Assembly: GCF_004010195.1 (NCBI RefSeq)
Contig: NC_057718.1
Location: forward strand, 101,072,219 to 101,136,218
Length of the DNA stretch: 64,000 nucleotides
From: Chiloscyllium plagiosum
Taxonomy: Eukaryota
Direction of reading: 5' to 3'
Part shown: positions 25,216 to 38,460 of the stretch, piece by piece
Layout of the letters: each line of letters opens with the position of its first letter
How positions within the stretch are numbered: the first letter of the stretch is position 1
Position numbers and translations under genes: made by a program
Notes under the pieces: model-generated
Databases searched by the model: none
What the model was told of the DNA's origin: nothing
Seen by the model: only the letters and a program-made list of their open reading frames with translations

Positions 25216-26529
25216 CGCTACAAAAAAGATTATGGGTAGAATAAGTAAAGAGAAACTGTATCGAGTGACTGAAATATCAGTAATCAAATGGCTCTTATTA
25301 AAGGAAGTTGGCAAATGATTTAGAGGTAATGAGAAAATAATGTTGACAGGAGGTTTGTGGAGTATTTCCTGCCAGATTGGGCAATGAATCTGGTCTTGTC
25401 TTTGATATTTATCTTCACCAGGAAGTAAGTACTTGATGAAGTAAACAATTGCAGGGTAATGGGGAATGCGCAGAAGTTTGGGGATAAATTGAATTGCTCT
25501 ACCAAAGAGCCAGTGTGGATTCGATGGGCTGAATGGCCTCATCCTGTGCCCTGATGTTCGATGATTGACGATGCACATGAGCCAGCAAGCTGAATTGAAA
25601 TCCTCATTTATGGAAAGTGTAAGGTTACATCCCACTCTGGTGATTTTTCACTATCGACTGCTGCACTTTTTAAAACTAAGGTTAGTTTTGAGGATATGCC
25701 TATCTTATTGACTTGCAAGACCACACTTTATTTTTACAGATCCTAGTGCTAAACGTAAAGGAAGGCACTCACAAACGATTGAGCGATGTGTCTTCCTCAG
25801 TGGCGTCAAGTGCATTAACTAGTGTTGGGTTTCAGTGCAAATGTGGAAAAGCAGGTTAATCTAAAAACCGCCAATTTATGGCAACAGATGTTCTGTTCCT
25901 CTTCAAAAATGTTGCAACAGCATGTTGAATGTACAAGTAAACCCCTTCCCACTCCAAATGTTGGAAATAGTCCTGAATAAATCAAAAATTGATGAAAGCC
26001 TCAAGCATTGCCTGTCTGAATTGTCTCTGTTGTTGATGAGACTTATCCACATTTGCTCTTAATTACTTGTTTATTTCCCAGCAGCTTCACTGCTGTCTAC
26101 AGATTCAGCAATTCTTCGGGACATTGTCAATTGTGAACATAATGCTGCCATTTAGTGATCTGGCAGTGAATCAAGCAAGTGCAGTCCTTTGTGTTGTTTT
26201 ATTGTCCTGTCAGTTTAGGAGCATTTAGTCAGGTGGAATATTTTATGGTGCGACCGCTGACACAATTTGTGCATCATATCACACGAGTCCTGTTCAACAC
26301 CCTTGGTGGATGCGCTGTCTTTTCATAGGAAGGCTCTTTGTACTTTTAGCTGAATGTTTCAAATTGCATTTCTTCAGACATAACTGATCAATATGCGTCG
26401 ACGGAAATTGATTAGGAGGAGCAGGACAAGGAGTGAGAGTTATTACTCTGTCAGGCAGGATGCACTTTGTGGTATCTTGCATAGATCTCTGCTCAGACCA
26501 CAGGTTTTTGCTGCATTTTTGGAGAACTG

Positions 26530-27245
26530 AGATAAAGAAATTTGGGAACCAAAACTTCAGACTTGCTGATGACACCGAGCAAGGTATCAGAAGCAGAAAA
26601 TTGCGAAGTGTTGTTAATAATGTAGGTGAGCAAGCAAGATGGTGGCAGATGGAGTTCTGTGTCAGGGAAATGTCAGCTCAACCATTTCGAGCTGAGGAAA
26701 GATAGTCTCTCATCATCTAGAACATTCTCTGATCTGAGAACGGCGGAAGAGTAGAAAGATTTAGCAGAAGTAATGAAAAGCAGATGAGAGTTATAAAATC
26801 TAATTTAAAAATTGAATGGAATGTTGGATTTTATCTCAAGGGTCAAGGGGTATAGAAGGAAGTGGAAGTTATGTTAAAGCTGTACAGAACTCTGGTTAGA
26901 TGAAATGCTGCATTTGATTCTGAGATGATCGTAGGTGACTGTGGAGGCAATGGTATTGGGCTAAAAGGATCACACTGAGGGCAACTTGCACAGACTGTAT
27001 TAGGACTGAGATTGCTGGAGTGCATGTTTGCAGATGAGACAAAGCTGAGTGGGAGGGTGAGCTGTGGGAAGGATGCAGCGATACTTCTGTGTGCTGATTC
27101 AGTGAGGAAGTGCATGGCAAATGAAGTACGATGTGCAAAAACGTGAGGTTACCCACCCTGGTCGCACAAACAGGAAGGCAGATTATTACCTGAATGGCGA
27201 TAAATTGGGAACGCAGGAAATGCAACGAGACCCGGGTGCCCTTAT
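26530..27245 (+). mobile_element. Degraded CR1 RT fragments
   Basis: LADDTE...WQMEF and FADETKLSG...YYLNGDKLG motifs. Confidence 0.7.
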
Positions 27246-27475
27246 AAACAGAAATTGCTGGAGAAACTCTGCAGGTCTGGCAACAGCATTGGAGAGAGAA
27301 AGCAGAGTTAACATTTTGTGTCCGGTGACCCTTCTTCAGAACACCAGATCACTGGACTCGAAACATTCATTCCGCTTTCTCTCCACTGCTGCTGCCAGAC
27401 TTGCTGAGTTTCTCAAGCAATGTCTGTTTTTGTTTCAGATTTCCAGCATCCTCAGTTCTTTGTTTTATTTTAATG
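27246..27475. mobile_element. Penelope-like fold-back insertion (family B)
   Basis: aacagaaattgctggagaaactc... and ...gagtttctcaagcaatgtctgttt inverted arms meeting at the hammerhead. Confidence 0.8.
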
Positions 27476-28120
27476 TAACAGCTGAGGTGAGGGTGGGCAC
27501 CCCACTTTGCCTTGGGCAGAGCTCTGCAGACTCAGACCTGCTGGGTCACCGCCATCTTGAATCTCCCTCTTTGTTTTATTTTAATGCTGAAAGTACGGAC
27601 TTGCTGACAAATGGTATGTTGGCCTTCATGACAAGAGGTTTGGAGCACAGGAGCCAGGTTGTCTTGTTGCAGTGTACAGGACCTTGATGAGAGCCCAGAC
27701 ATCCCCCAGCCTTTCAAATGGACTTGTAGCCTATGTCTTTAACCACAGCTTATCACAAAACATAAGTGTCAAAAAACTAAATAAGGTATCTTCATAACAA
27801 CTAGGATTATATTTCTTTGAATAACAAACACTAAAGGACGATCTTGTCAGAGTATTTAACATAAAGGAGTTGATTAGTTAGGGAGAAATCATTTCCCAAC
27901 TCCAGAACCTTGGTGTGACAGCCCAGTCAATCAGGGTGAGGTCAGGATGTCACACTGTGAGTGATTCGACAAGATCTCTTCAAAAGAGCCTTCATCGTCC
28001 AATTCCTGACTTTGGAATACAGGATGCGGAGCCTCAACGTTCAATCCTGTTTCCCTCCAACCCAGAAGTGGCTGAATTGGATATGCCCTCTGGAACAAGG
28101 GAGGGGAAGGAAACAGCAGA

Positions 28121-28676
28121 GCCACTGCTGGAATATTGTGTGCAATTCTGGTCTCCTTCCTATCGGAAAGATGTTGTGAAACTTGAAAGGGTTCAGAAAA
28201 GATTTACAAGGATGTTGCCAGGGTTGGAGGATCTGAGCTACAGGGAAAGGCTGAACAGGCTGGAGCTGTTTTCCCTGGAGCGTCGGAGGCTGAGGGGTGA
28301 CCTTATAGAGGTTTACAAAATCATGAGGGACATAGATAGGATAAATAGACAAAGTCTTTCCCCTGGGGTGGGGGATTCCAGAACTAGAGGGCTTAGGTTT
28401 AGGGTGAGAGGGAAAGATATAAAAGAGACCTAACGGGCAACTTTTACACGCAGAGGGTGGTACGTGTATGGAACGAGCTGCCAGAGGATGTGGTGGAGGC
28501 TGGTACAATTACAACATTTAAGAGGCATTTGGATGGGTATATGAATAGGAAGGGTTTGGAGGGATATGGGCCAGGTGTTGGCAGGTGGGACTAGATTGGG
28601 TTGGGATATCTGGTTGGCATGGACGGGTTGGACCGAAGGGTCTGTTTCCATGCTGTACATCTCTATGACTATGACT
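28121..28676 (+). mobile_element. CR1 LINE 3' fragment, young subfamily
   Basis: PLLEYCVQFWSPSYRKDVVKLERVQKRFTRMLPGL; very similar to 420-1019. Confidence 0.95.
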
Positions 28677-28727
28677 AAATAAGCACCAAAAAATACTAGA
28701 GAAACTCAGTGGGTCCCTCAGCATCTA

Positions 28728-29052
28728 GGGGGCAGCACGGTGGCTCAGTGGTTAGGAACGCTGCCTCACAGCACCAGGGATCTCTGGGTTCAATTCCACC
28801 TCAGTGTGGAGTTTGCACATTCTCCCTATGTCTGCGTGGGTTTCTTCCGGGTCCTCCGGTTTCTTCCCACAATCCAAAGATATGCTACATTGCCCATAGT
28901 GCCCAGGGATGTGCAGGCTAGGTGGGTTAGCCATGGGGAATGCAAAGTTACAGGGATAAAGTAAAGGGTGGGTCTGGGTGGGGTGCCCTTTGGTGGGCTG
29001 GTGTGTTTTTGATGGGCTGAATGGCCTGCTTCCACACTTGAGGCATTCTGCG
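28728..29052 (+). mobile_element. HE1-type V-SINE inserted in a PLE family-B tail
   Basis: ggggcagcacggtggctcagtgg head. Family-B minus-strand sequence lies on both sides (28680-28726 and 29054-29110). Confidence 0.85.
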
Positions 29053-30479
29053 ATCTGTGGAGAAAAAGCAGAGTTAATGTTTTGGGTCTAATATGATTAA
29101 TTTTTTAGAACAGGTAAGGAAAATATATTATTTTTTACATCTTAGACAGGGACAGAAGAGCAGCAAGAGGGCAGACTGTGTCGAGGCCCAGTGCAAAAGA
29201 TGAAGGGGTTGTTAATAGTGGGGAAACCAAAAGAGATATGAAACGGGTGTACGTTAAAGTGTGAAAGAGAGATAATTGGTCCTCAGTGCTATTTGCAAAG
29301 TGAACAACAGCTCCCAAGGCACTTTGTGGCTTGGTTAACCAACAGACCTTCTGGGATGGAGCTGGACAATCTAATATCATAAAGGGTCTTATCTCAAGCA
29401 ACGTTACTTTGATTGCATGTTCCCATGTGCCCTCTAGGTGTGAGACATGGAGTGGAGGGGCAAATTATCTTCTGCTCAATCTTTTAACACTTATGTGGAA
29501 CTAATGTTTGCTTTTGAGATTCACTTCCCCCAGAGTTTTTTTATCAGACTCAAGGTTCCAATGGGGCAGAGAGCCAAGAGAAACCTCTAGATCGTGGTCA
29601 TGTAAAGAAATGTTATTGAGAAATGACCTCTAGCAACACAGGCACCACCCATATGAATAGCATTGGGGAATATTTAACAGTTCATCAAAGGGTTGCCCTT
29701 GTATTGAGTAGTTCGTATTTCAATGCATTGCATTCCTCTAAAGTCTCCACTGCATTTTATGGAAGCAAAGGATAAAAGTTATGATTCCTCATATTTCTTA
29801 TCTGGGGGACAACAGAGACATAATTTGCCATTACTGAACTCATCTGGCTTTTATGATGGTTGCTCATAACAAGGCCCACTGCTTGGGTGATTTACATTTA
29901 ATGTATAAAATGTTGCGACTTAATCTTAAGTCAACTGAGCATCATATTGCAAATGAAAAGATGCACTGATATATTATTTTGAAATAACAGCATGTGTTAA
30001 GTGATATGCTACAAGTCTGCCTTCTTTCTAATCGGGTAAATTATTTTGAAGTTTAGATATTGGTTTGCTCCTGATATATGCCGTCCAAAAAGGCATCAAA
30101 CGTCTCGCATTTCCTTCTGATTCTGTTTGGAACAGTTTTATGAGAGCGTGAATTGTTTTGCACAAGTGGCTTTGCAATTCCAGAGTTTTTGACATCTTGC
30201 AATTTCAAGACATATTTCTGCAATGAATGGAGTGGCGCTCACAAGCATGACTCTGCATTCAGTGCGAGTTTATTAATGCGTATGATATCCGTAGTGGAAC
30301 TTTACGAGACGAGGATCTGATTTAACGTTGCTGCAGTTATATCTTGTGAATTCAATATCACAACAATATGAATTGTCATGACACTAAGGGTATTGTTATT
30401 GAACTTGCTAGTGTTTGGTAAGCGATGATTTATAGCTCATTTGGATTTGCAATACTGTCTTTTGGCAAAGTGAATCAGT

Positions 30480-31285
30480 AAAAGGAAACAAATCTCTTGA
30501 CTGGTTGTTGTCCCAATGCTTCTGTGCTTGGTCCTCTTCCATTTCTCATCTACTTGCTGTTCCTCAGGACATTAACCTGATAGATCAATCGCTGTTCCCT
30601 TTATTCATTCACTGAACATGGGCATCACTGGCTAGGCCATCCTTAATTGCCCAAGGGACAGTTCAAAGCCAACTATATTGTTGTGGGTCTGGAGTCAGAC
30701 GTAGGCCAGACCAGGTAAGGATGGTAGATTTCCTTCCCTAAAAGGATGAGTGAATCCAATGGGTTTTTCGCCGATACTGATGTGAACCTGTTCTACCTCA
30801 ACTCACCACTTCTCTCAACTCCCTCCACTGCCCTGCTTTGTCAAACTTCTCGTCCAACGTCCAATTCTGGATGAACGGACGTTTTGTCTGACTGAACATT
30901 GAGGAGACTGACATCATTGCCTTTAGTTCCTGCTCCATGATCCATGCTGTAGCTACTGATCCCTAACTCTCGCTGACAGTTGTCTGAGTCTAAGCGTAGC
31001 TGTTTGCAACCTTTGTGTGTTAATCGCAAGAGGAGCTTCTGACCCCTTAACCTGCTCCATTACCAAGGCTGTCCATTATCACCTCTGTAACATCCCCTGA
31101 CTCTGTGCCTGTCTCAGCTTATCCACTGCTGAAGGCCTCATTCATGCCTTTCTTTCCTCTATTCTTCACAATTACAATTGGCTTGTCTCTCATCTTCCAC
31201 CATCCTTAAACCTGAACTTATCCAAATCTTTGTGCCCACATCTTCACCCACACCATGTCCTGTTTGCTCATCACCAATGTGTCCT
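30480..31285 (+). mobile_element. Degraded L2-like LINE fragments with an S2 SINE piece (30604-30775, minus)
   Basis: Pyrimidine-rich, degenerate L2-like ORF2 DNA (gaaggcctcattcatgccttt, aaacctgaacttatccaaa). Confidence 0.45.
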
Positions 31286-32299
31286 GTTATAAAATGGATG
31301 TTGACCACCCCCCCCTCCGTGAACTAAAACCAAAACACTCACAGAGGAGCACCCCACCCTATAATCTGTAAAAGGAGTGTGAGAAGGGCTGCAACCTGCT
31401 TTTCGGCAACTTCTCAAGGTTAAATAAAATAATTGTTGAAACTTTATTGCTGGAACAGCACAGCAGGTCAAATCTGTAAAAGGAGTGTGAGAAGGGCTGC
31501 AAAGCATCTGCAGACCTCACTTTCTCCTTAAATAAAATAATTTCCTGGCACTCACTTTAAAATCAACAAGTAACAATTCATTCATCTAACTCTAATGGTG
31601 GACAAATTAACTAAACTATGAACAAACTGAATAAATCCCTTCTAACTACTAACTATTTTTCAATACAGCAAGATTCTAATGGTGTTTGTTCCAATAAATG
31701 CAGGTCCCACTCATATTACAAAAAGCATGGAATTTAGCCTCTTGAAATGTTAACCAGGTTACGTGTCTTCCAGAATGTTCTTGGCCTTCTCCATCAATTC
31801 TTCTGTAGGGCGTATTCAGTAGTTGTGCCATTGGTACTGTTGTTATTTTGATGGTCATTTCTCTAAGACATAGAGGAGGCTGTGAGAGCCAGCGATTCTC
31901 GAGAGAGAGAGCTGAGGTCCGTTAGCTCTGGCAGCTTGCTCACGGATCTCTGTCCAACTGCCCCCTTCTTTTACACCCTTGATGACACCTCAACATTTCT
32001 TACAATAGAATTGGTCCCATGTTGTCAAAACCATCAAGTTTAAATTTAATAGGTTTTTGGTATCTAAGTGCCTGTTTCAAATTGATGGACTAAATTAAAA
32101 AGCCTGTTGGCTTGGTAAAATCTGCTGCTTGGCCTGCTAATGGTATGGCCTTTTGAAATAAATGTTTCAGATCGGCCATCTCAATGCACTTGCAACGCCC
32201 CAAGCTGCTGCTCACAGATATCCATTTTGAATCTCTGAGCTAGCTCATAAAAATCACATGATCTTTTAAAAGGGCCACGCAATGCTTTCCCCCTTTACA
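31286..32299 (-). mobile_element. Probable solo LTR (Gypsy-like), about 1 kb
   Basis: TG...CA termini (TGTTATAAAA...CCCCTTTACA) and non-coding. No clear TSD seen. Confidence 0.45.
31435..31527. mobile_element. Very short PLE two-arm insertion with a captured copy of flanking DNA
   Basis: 15-bp TSD TTAAATAAAATAATT (31420-31434 and 31528-31542). Contains an inverted arm, 32 bp of flank copy, and the 3' tail agcatctgcagacctcactttctcc. Confidence 0.85.
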
Positions 32300-32419
32300 A
32301 ACACCAAGTTCTAACTTCCTGCCTCCCAATCCACAAGTACTCTACTCAACTTTGCAATATTCCTCAATGTGGGTTGCCTGTACAGCAGCCAAAAGTGTCC
32401 CATGCAACCCTAACATAAA

Positions 32420-32620
32420 TAGGTATGTAATGTGTATGTAATATAAATCATATATGTGCATATAACATATATGTGTACATGTTGTATCTGGTTAAGTAAT
32501 GTGTGAATTTACATGCCTAATATGTGTATCTGCATATGTGCATAATATGTATTTGTGTGTACGTATATCTATATGTGTATTGTGTGCATATATATATATT
32601 ATATATAAAATGTGTGCACT
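32420..32620. repeat. Degenerate (TA/TG)n low-complexity tract
   Basis: atatgtgcatataacatatatgtgtacatg...tatatatattatatata. Confidence 0.8.
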
Positions 32621-32809
32621 TTGCAGTAGTTGTCATAGTTGGATAACTATTGAAGCAGTGACGAAATCTCTCTTAGACTTTCAATAAAGCACTACCATCT
32701 TTCATCATCTTTGATTTATTGCTGTTACACAGTAATCAGGAGAGATTCTAAAAAGAAAACAGATTGTTTGTGTAGGCTGAGAGTTCTTTTGTTTTCTTTG
32801 CTACACATG

Positions 32810-33320
32810 AGAAATAGACAAGAAGGAGGCTGGAAGAACACAGCAGGCCAGGCAACCTCAGGCGGTGGAAAAGTCAATGTTTTGGGTGTACCCTTCTTCA
32901 GGACTCAGGGTGGGGGTAGGGGAAGCTGCAGATGAAAAGATGGGGAGGAAGGTTTATGGGTGGGGAGAGGGGGAGTGTGGTGAGGTAGTGATGGGTATAT
33001 ACAGGTGATAGGTATGACCTGGTTGGTTGATGTGAAGAATGAATCCGGTTGGTAGCTGGAAGAAGGGTCATTCAGAGGAATGGAAGTGGGGGGGAGGGGG
33101 CAGGGCTGGAAAAGGAGTAAGGGGATGGGGAGGGAGGTTACTTGAAATTGGAGAACTCAAATGTTGAGTCCTCTGGGCTGTAGGCTGCCCAGGCAGAAGA
33201 TGAAGTTTTGTTCCCCCAGTTTACAGTCTGATTCGCCGAGGCAATGGAGGAGACTGAGGATGGACATGTCGGAGAGGGAGTGGGAAGGGGAATTAAAATG
33301 TGAAGTGACTAGGAGGTCAG
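32810..33320 (-). mobile_element. Penelope-like element 3' end with GIY-YIG C-terminus (family D)
   Basis: The minus strand reads HFNSPSHSLSDMSILSLLHC...KLGEQNFIFCLGSLQPRGLNI then EFSNFK* after a 1-bp shift. The 3' UTR follows with AGTC-CTGAAGA-AGGGT-AC-ACCC-AAAAC-ATT-GACT. Confidence 0.85.
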
Positions 33321-33911
33321 GCCCATCTAAGTGACAAGTGGATTGTGTTTTCCACAGACAGTTTTTTCAAATGGGAACCCTTTCAGCAAGGAGAAAGTTT
33401 GTGCGCAGTATGGGCTCGGTGTATTCTGACAGATATGGGATCAGAATGAAACGGAGATGAGTTATATCAGTTCTGGTTGATTCAGATGTGCCTTTGATTC
33501 TCCCTTTCGAGTTGGGGGCACTGTAGCTGAGTTAACCAAAATATTGGAACGGAAACAAAATCCTTGAGTTAAAGACTACTTGCAAAGAACAAGAAATAAA
33601 AGACTGTTTTTAAACATTGTATTGGACACTTGTAGCTGCTCTGACAGTCTATTTGTGCTGCAATATAATGTTGATGTTTTATCCGTAATATGTGTTCAGT
33701 AATTTGGATTCAGTTTGTTCCTAACCCACACTGCTTATCAATCGCTTATCATCCCTACAAGATCTCTGCTGTCCTCTAGCTCCAGAGGCTTGAACATTCC
33801 CGATTGTAATCATTCCACCATTGGCAGTTATTTCTTGAGCTGTCTGGGAACAAAACGCACCATTCCTTTACCAAATGGCTCCTCTTCACTTTCCTACTTG
33901 AAGATGCTTTC

Positions 33912-34258
33912 GGGGGAGGCAATGGCCTAGTGGTTTTATCGCCGGATTGTTAATCCAGAGACCCAGACAGTATTCTGGAGACCCAGGTTCAAATCCCACA
34001 GCAGATGGTGGAAGTTGAATTCAATAATTTTTTTAAAAAATGTGGAATTAATAGTCTAATGGTGACCACGAATCCATGATCGATTCTCGGGGGAAAAAAC
34101 CCATTTGGTTTACTGATGTCCTTTAGGGAAGAGAACTGCCATCCTCATCTTGCTCTGGCCTACATGGGGCACCAGACCCTTAGCATGTGATTATCTCTTA
34201 ACAACTCTCTGAGCAATTAGAGATGAGCAATAAATGCTGACCTAGCCAGTAATGCCCT
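33912..34258 (+). mobile_element. tRNA-derived SINE (family S2)
   Basis: gggggaggcaatggcctagtgg...ggttcaaatccc. Confidence 0.8.
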
Positions 34259-34774
34259 TTGCCACCTGAAGAACAAGATTCTTGAAACAATACATCCTTG
34301 CTAATCTGTAGTTTTAGCAAGACTTCTCTCTTTTTTATATATAGTCCAATCCTTTTGAAATAAAGGCCAATATTTTACTTGCTTTATCCATTACCTGCTG
34401 ATAATTTGGTGGCTTATGCATGAGGCAATCCCTCTGTGCTGCGGCTTTCTGCAGTTTTTCTTCATTTAAATAATATTCAACTCCACTTTGCTTTCTGCCA
34501 AAGTGCATGACTTATAATTCTCCACAGTATATTGCAGCTATCATGTTCCTACCGATTCATATAACCTGTCTATATCCCTGTGTAGACTTTTTGCATTGTC
34601 CTCATTTTAGTGAAATCTGCGAGTTCAGTGACAGTACTTTTACCTATCCAGGTAAATTAGTGACCATTTCAATCCGAATGAAGACTTTGGGATAAGATTT
34701 TACAGGCAGCTGTCCTTCAACTCCCAATAACTTTGGGAACTGATCTACCCTTTTATGTACCGACGTAATTTATC

Positions 34775-35584
34775 CATGAAGGATATTATTAGGCTTGAGA
34801 GGGTTCATTGAGAGGGTTCAAAAGAGATTTACCAGAATGTTGTTGGGTATGGAATGTTTGAGTTATAAAGAAAGGCTGGAACTTCTTTCACTGGAGCGTA
34901 GGATTAGATTAGATTCCCCACAGTATGACAACAGGCCGTTTTGCCCAACAAGTCCACACCAACCCTCCGAAGAGCAACCCACCCAGACCCATTCCCCCAC
35001 CCAATATTTACCCTTGACTAATGGACAATTTACCATGGCTAATTCACCTGGCCTGCACATCTTTGTGATTGTGGGAGGAAACTCACACAGACACGGGGAG
35101 AATGTGCAAACTCCACACAGGCAGTTGCCCGAGGCTGGAATTGAACCCGGGTCCCTCGTGCTGTGAGGCTGCAGTGCGAACCACTGAGCCACCGTGCCGC
35201 TCATTGCTGAGAGGTGACCTTTTAGAGGTTGATAAAATCATGAGGGAAATAGGTAGAGTTAATTGTAGGCACCTTTTCCCAAGAGGGGGGGGGGGGGGAT
35301 TTCAAAACTAGGGGGCAGATTTTTAAGGTGAGAGGAGAGAGATTTTAAAAAGACATGAGGGGGCGAATTTATTGCACAGAGGGTGGTTCGCGTGGGAAAT
35401 GAACGTCCTGAGGAAGTGGTGGATATGGGTGCAATTACAATGTTTAAAAGACATTTGGATAAGGACATGAATAGGAAAGGTGTAGAGGGATATGGGCCGG
35501 GAGCAGGCAGGTGGGACTAGTTTAGTTTGGGATTATGGTTGGTGTGGACTAAATGGTCTGTTTCCGTGCTGTGTAACTCTATGA
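34775..35584 (+). mobile_element. CR1 3' fragment interrupted by an HE1 SINE (34902-35200, minus)
   Basis: ERVQKRFTRMLLGMECLSYKERLELLSLER, then the SINE, then LRGDLLEVDKIMRE. Confidence 0.9.
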
Positions 35585-35849
35585 TCATCCCCCTGTCTCA
35601 CCATTGCAGGGACTGGCTCCTTCCTGGGATAAAGAACATGAGGCATTTGGAACCTCAGTATTTTTTGCCAGATTTTCACATGTAATCATAGATAACACCG
35701 ATTATAGGGCCATTGCACCAGTCACAACATTAGCAGGGATTGGAACAAATGCAACGCCAGTAGTGATGACATCTATTGCAATCAAACCTCAAGTATAAAG
35801 AGATAGAAGTAATAGTTTGGCTTTGCAAGGGAATGAGTGGATACCACCT

Positions 35850-36645
35850 GGAGTTACTGTGAGCAGTCCTGAGCACCACACCCTTGCAAGGATATAATGG
35901 ACTTATAGGGTCTACTGCCCAGATTTAAGGCATGGACTCCAAGGATTGATTGAGGAAATATTGCACAAACTATACTTACAGCTCATGGAAATTAGGAGTT
36001 TAAGGCATGATTTGATAAAGAATATTCTCAAGATTAAGGATAATGGATGGAGGGAACCTTTACCATTCATTAGGAAATCTAGGCCAAGGTGACATAGTCT
36101 AAAAGTTAAAGCTGAGACATTTGGGAGTGAAATTAGGACATACTTCAACATCGAAAGGGTGGTGGAAGCTTGAACTGTCTTCTGCAAACAACATTTGATG
36201 CTGAGTCAATTGCTGACTTTAAATCTGAGATCGATTAACAGAAATCTGTCAAAGGAATTAAGAAATATGGGGCATATGGGAGAAATAGTTACTGGATTAG
36301 CAGTAATCCAGAGACCAGACTTAATTGTCTTGGGCCATGAGCTCAAATGCCACCAGAACAACTGGTGGAATTTGAGCTTGTTTAGTAAATCTGGAGTAAA
36401 CGTCGTGAGTATGAACACCATCATTGGCTGTCGTAAAAACCCATCTGGGTTACTAATGCCCTTGAGGAATGGAAATCCGACATCCTTACCTGGTCTGGCC
36501 TACATGTGACTCCACACCCACAGCAAAGTGGTTAATATTGAATTTCCCACTGAAATGATCCAGCAAGCCCATCAGTTCAAGGGCAGTTAAAGATGGCCAA
36601 CAGATGTTGGTCTTGCCCGCAAAGTCTAAATTCATGGAAGAATAA
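35850..36645 (+). mobile_element. Old CR1 fragment (35850-36280) followed by an S2 SINE (36290-36645)
   Basis: ccacctggagttactgtgagcagtcctg...; aaaaacccatctgggttactaatgccc. Confidence 0.65.
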
Positions 36646-36894
36646 AGAAAAATAATAAAGGGCAAACATGGGTGTTTATATCGTAGTATAAATGTACTGA
36701 TCTGTGGCATACAGCTTTTTTTAATCAATGTGTTCAGGCTTGCTATGACAGACCCCTGTGGCAAGTGGGACTTGAACTGGCACCGCACCCACATAACATA
36801 TACACCCACCCACATGTAGGTCATTAATCAGTGATGGTCCTTTTGCACAGTGGGACAGAATGTGAGGCCAAATGGCCACCTCCAATTTACTTTT

Positions 36895-37238
36895 ATAGAG
36901 TCCCCACAGTGTGGAAGGAGGTCAGTTGGCCCATTGAGTTCATACTGATCGTCCAAAGAGCATCCTGCCCACACCCAGCCCCCCTACTCCATCCCTGAAA
37001 CTCCCATGGCTAATCGACCCATCCCCACTTAACCTACACATGCCTGGACACTATGGGCCAATCCATCTAACTTGCACATTTTTAGACTTTGGGAGGAAAT
37101 GGGAGCATCTGGAAAAAACCCACACAGACACGGGGAAAATGTGCAAACTCCACATAGACAGTCCCTAAGGGTGGAATCAAACCCAAGTCTCTGGGTCTGT
37201 GAGGCAGCGGTGCTAACCACTGAGCCACTGTGCTGCCA
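36895..37238 (-). mobile_element. HE1-type V-SINE
   Basis: gtgcaaactccacatagacagtc...gtgctaaccactgagccac. Confidence 0.85.
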
Positions 37239-37759
37239 TGAAACCACTGACTCTCAGCCATGCCTGAGAATACTCCTGTAGTCCTGGTAAGGATTCCTAT
37301 CTCATTTCTTCCGGGCTCCCCTTTGGGCGTAGAAGTTGCTTGTTGTCCCCTTATCGATATCCTGGCTGTCTTTAACTAATGTGGGGATTGGAAGCAGGAT
37401 TATACCTGTCTGTAACACTGCCATAACCCACTAAACTATTTGCAAAAGGGCTTACATTTTCCCTCAATTTAAATTTCAACAAATACTCCAAACAACCCCA
37501 AATGACTGTTTATAAAACCTCTACTTTATCACTGCCCATGGACTGCCTGGAAGCTGTTAATGGTTTCTAAAAATGAAATCAATCCATTTGTACTGGAGCT
37601 ATTGAAGTGCTGTTTGTTGGAGTACTTTCCACACCACCAAAGCTGGTGATACTGGCAAGACCCATTCCGAATTATCTCGCCGTCACAATGATACTTCCTC
37701 TGTAGCAACAAAATGATTTTCATCGTTAAGTCACAGCAAAGGTTCCGCACTTAAAGAAA

Positions 37760-38035
37760 ACTAGAAGGCATAGGTTTAGGGTGAGAGGGAAAAGATTTAA
37801 AAGTGACCAAAGTGGCAGCTTTTTCACACAGAAGCTGGTGAGTGTGTGGAATGAGCTGCCAGAGGAAGTGGTGAGGCTGGTACAGTTACAGCATTAAAAA
37901 GGCATCTGGATGAATATATGAATAGGAAGGGTTTAGAGGGACATGGGCCAAATGCTGGCAGATGGGATGAGATTAGTTTAGAATATCTGGTCAGCATGGA
38001 CGATTCAGACCAAAGGGTGTACATGTCTATGACTT
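37760..38035 (+). mobile_element. CR1 LINE 3' end
   Basis: ggcataggtttagggtgagaggg...ggaatgagctgccagagg. Confidence 0.85.
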
Positions 38036-38037
38036 TA

Positions 38038-38460
38038 ACAGCAGATGCTGAAGATCTGAAACAAAAACAGAAATTTCTGGGGAAACTCGGCGGGTCTGGC
38101 AGCATCTGTGGGAAAAAAATTGAGAATGTAGTGCTGGAAAAGGCAGCGTCTGAGGAGCAGGACAATTGACGTTTCCAGTATAAGTCTTTCACCATTTCCT
38201 GATGAAGGGCTTATGCCCGAAACATCGATTCTCCTGCTCCTCAGGTGCTGCCTGACCTGCTGTGCTTTTCCAGCACTCCACTCTTGACTCTGATCTCCAG
38301 TATCTGCCGTCCTTACTTTTTCTGTGGAGAAAAAGCAGAGTTAACGTTTTGAGTCTGATGACATTTCTTAAGAACTGGACTCAAAACGCTAACTCCGCTT
38401 TCTCTCTGGACAGTTGCTGCCAGACCTGCTAGGTTTCTCCAGCAATTTCTGTTTTTGTTC
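38038..38460. mobile_element. PLE family-B fold-back containing a nested family-A fold-back (about 38120-38320)
   Basis: The inner element is flanked by TCTGTGGGAAAAAA / TCTGTGGAGAAAAA. Hammerhead cctgatgaagggcttatgcccgaaacatcg at about 38198-38228. Confidence 0.8.

Noticed and set aside
27458..27587. Repeated ctttgttttattttaatg as a TSD or CRISPR-like repeat
   Set aside because: Only two copies of a low-complexity PLE tail end, with no array, in a eukaryotic context.
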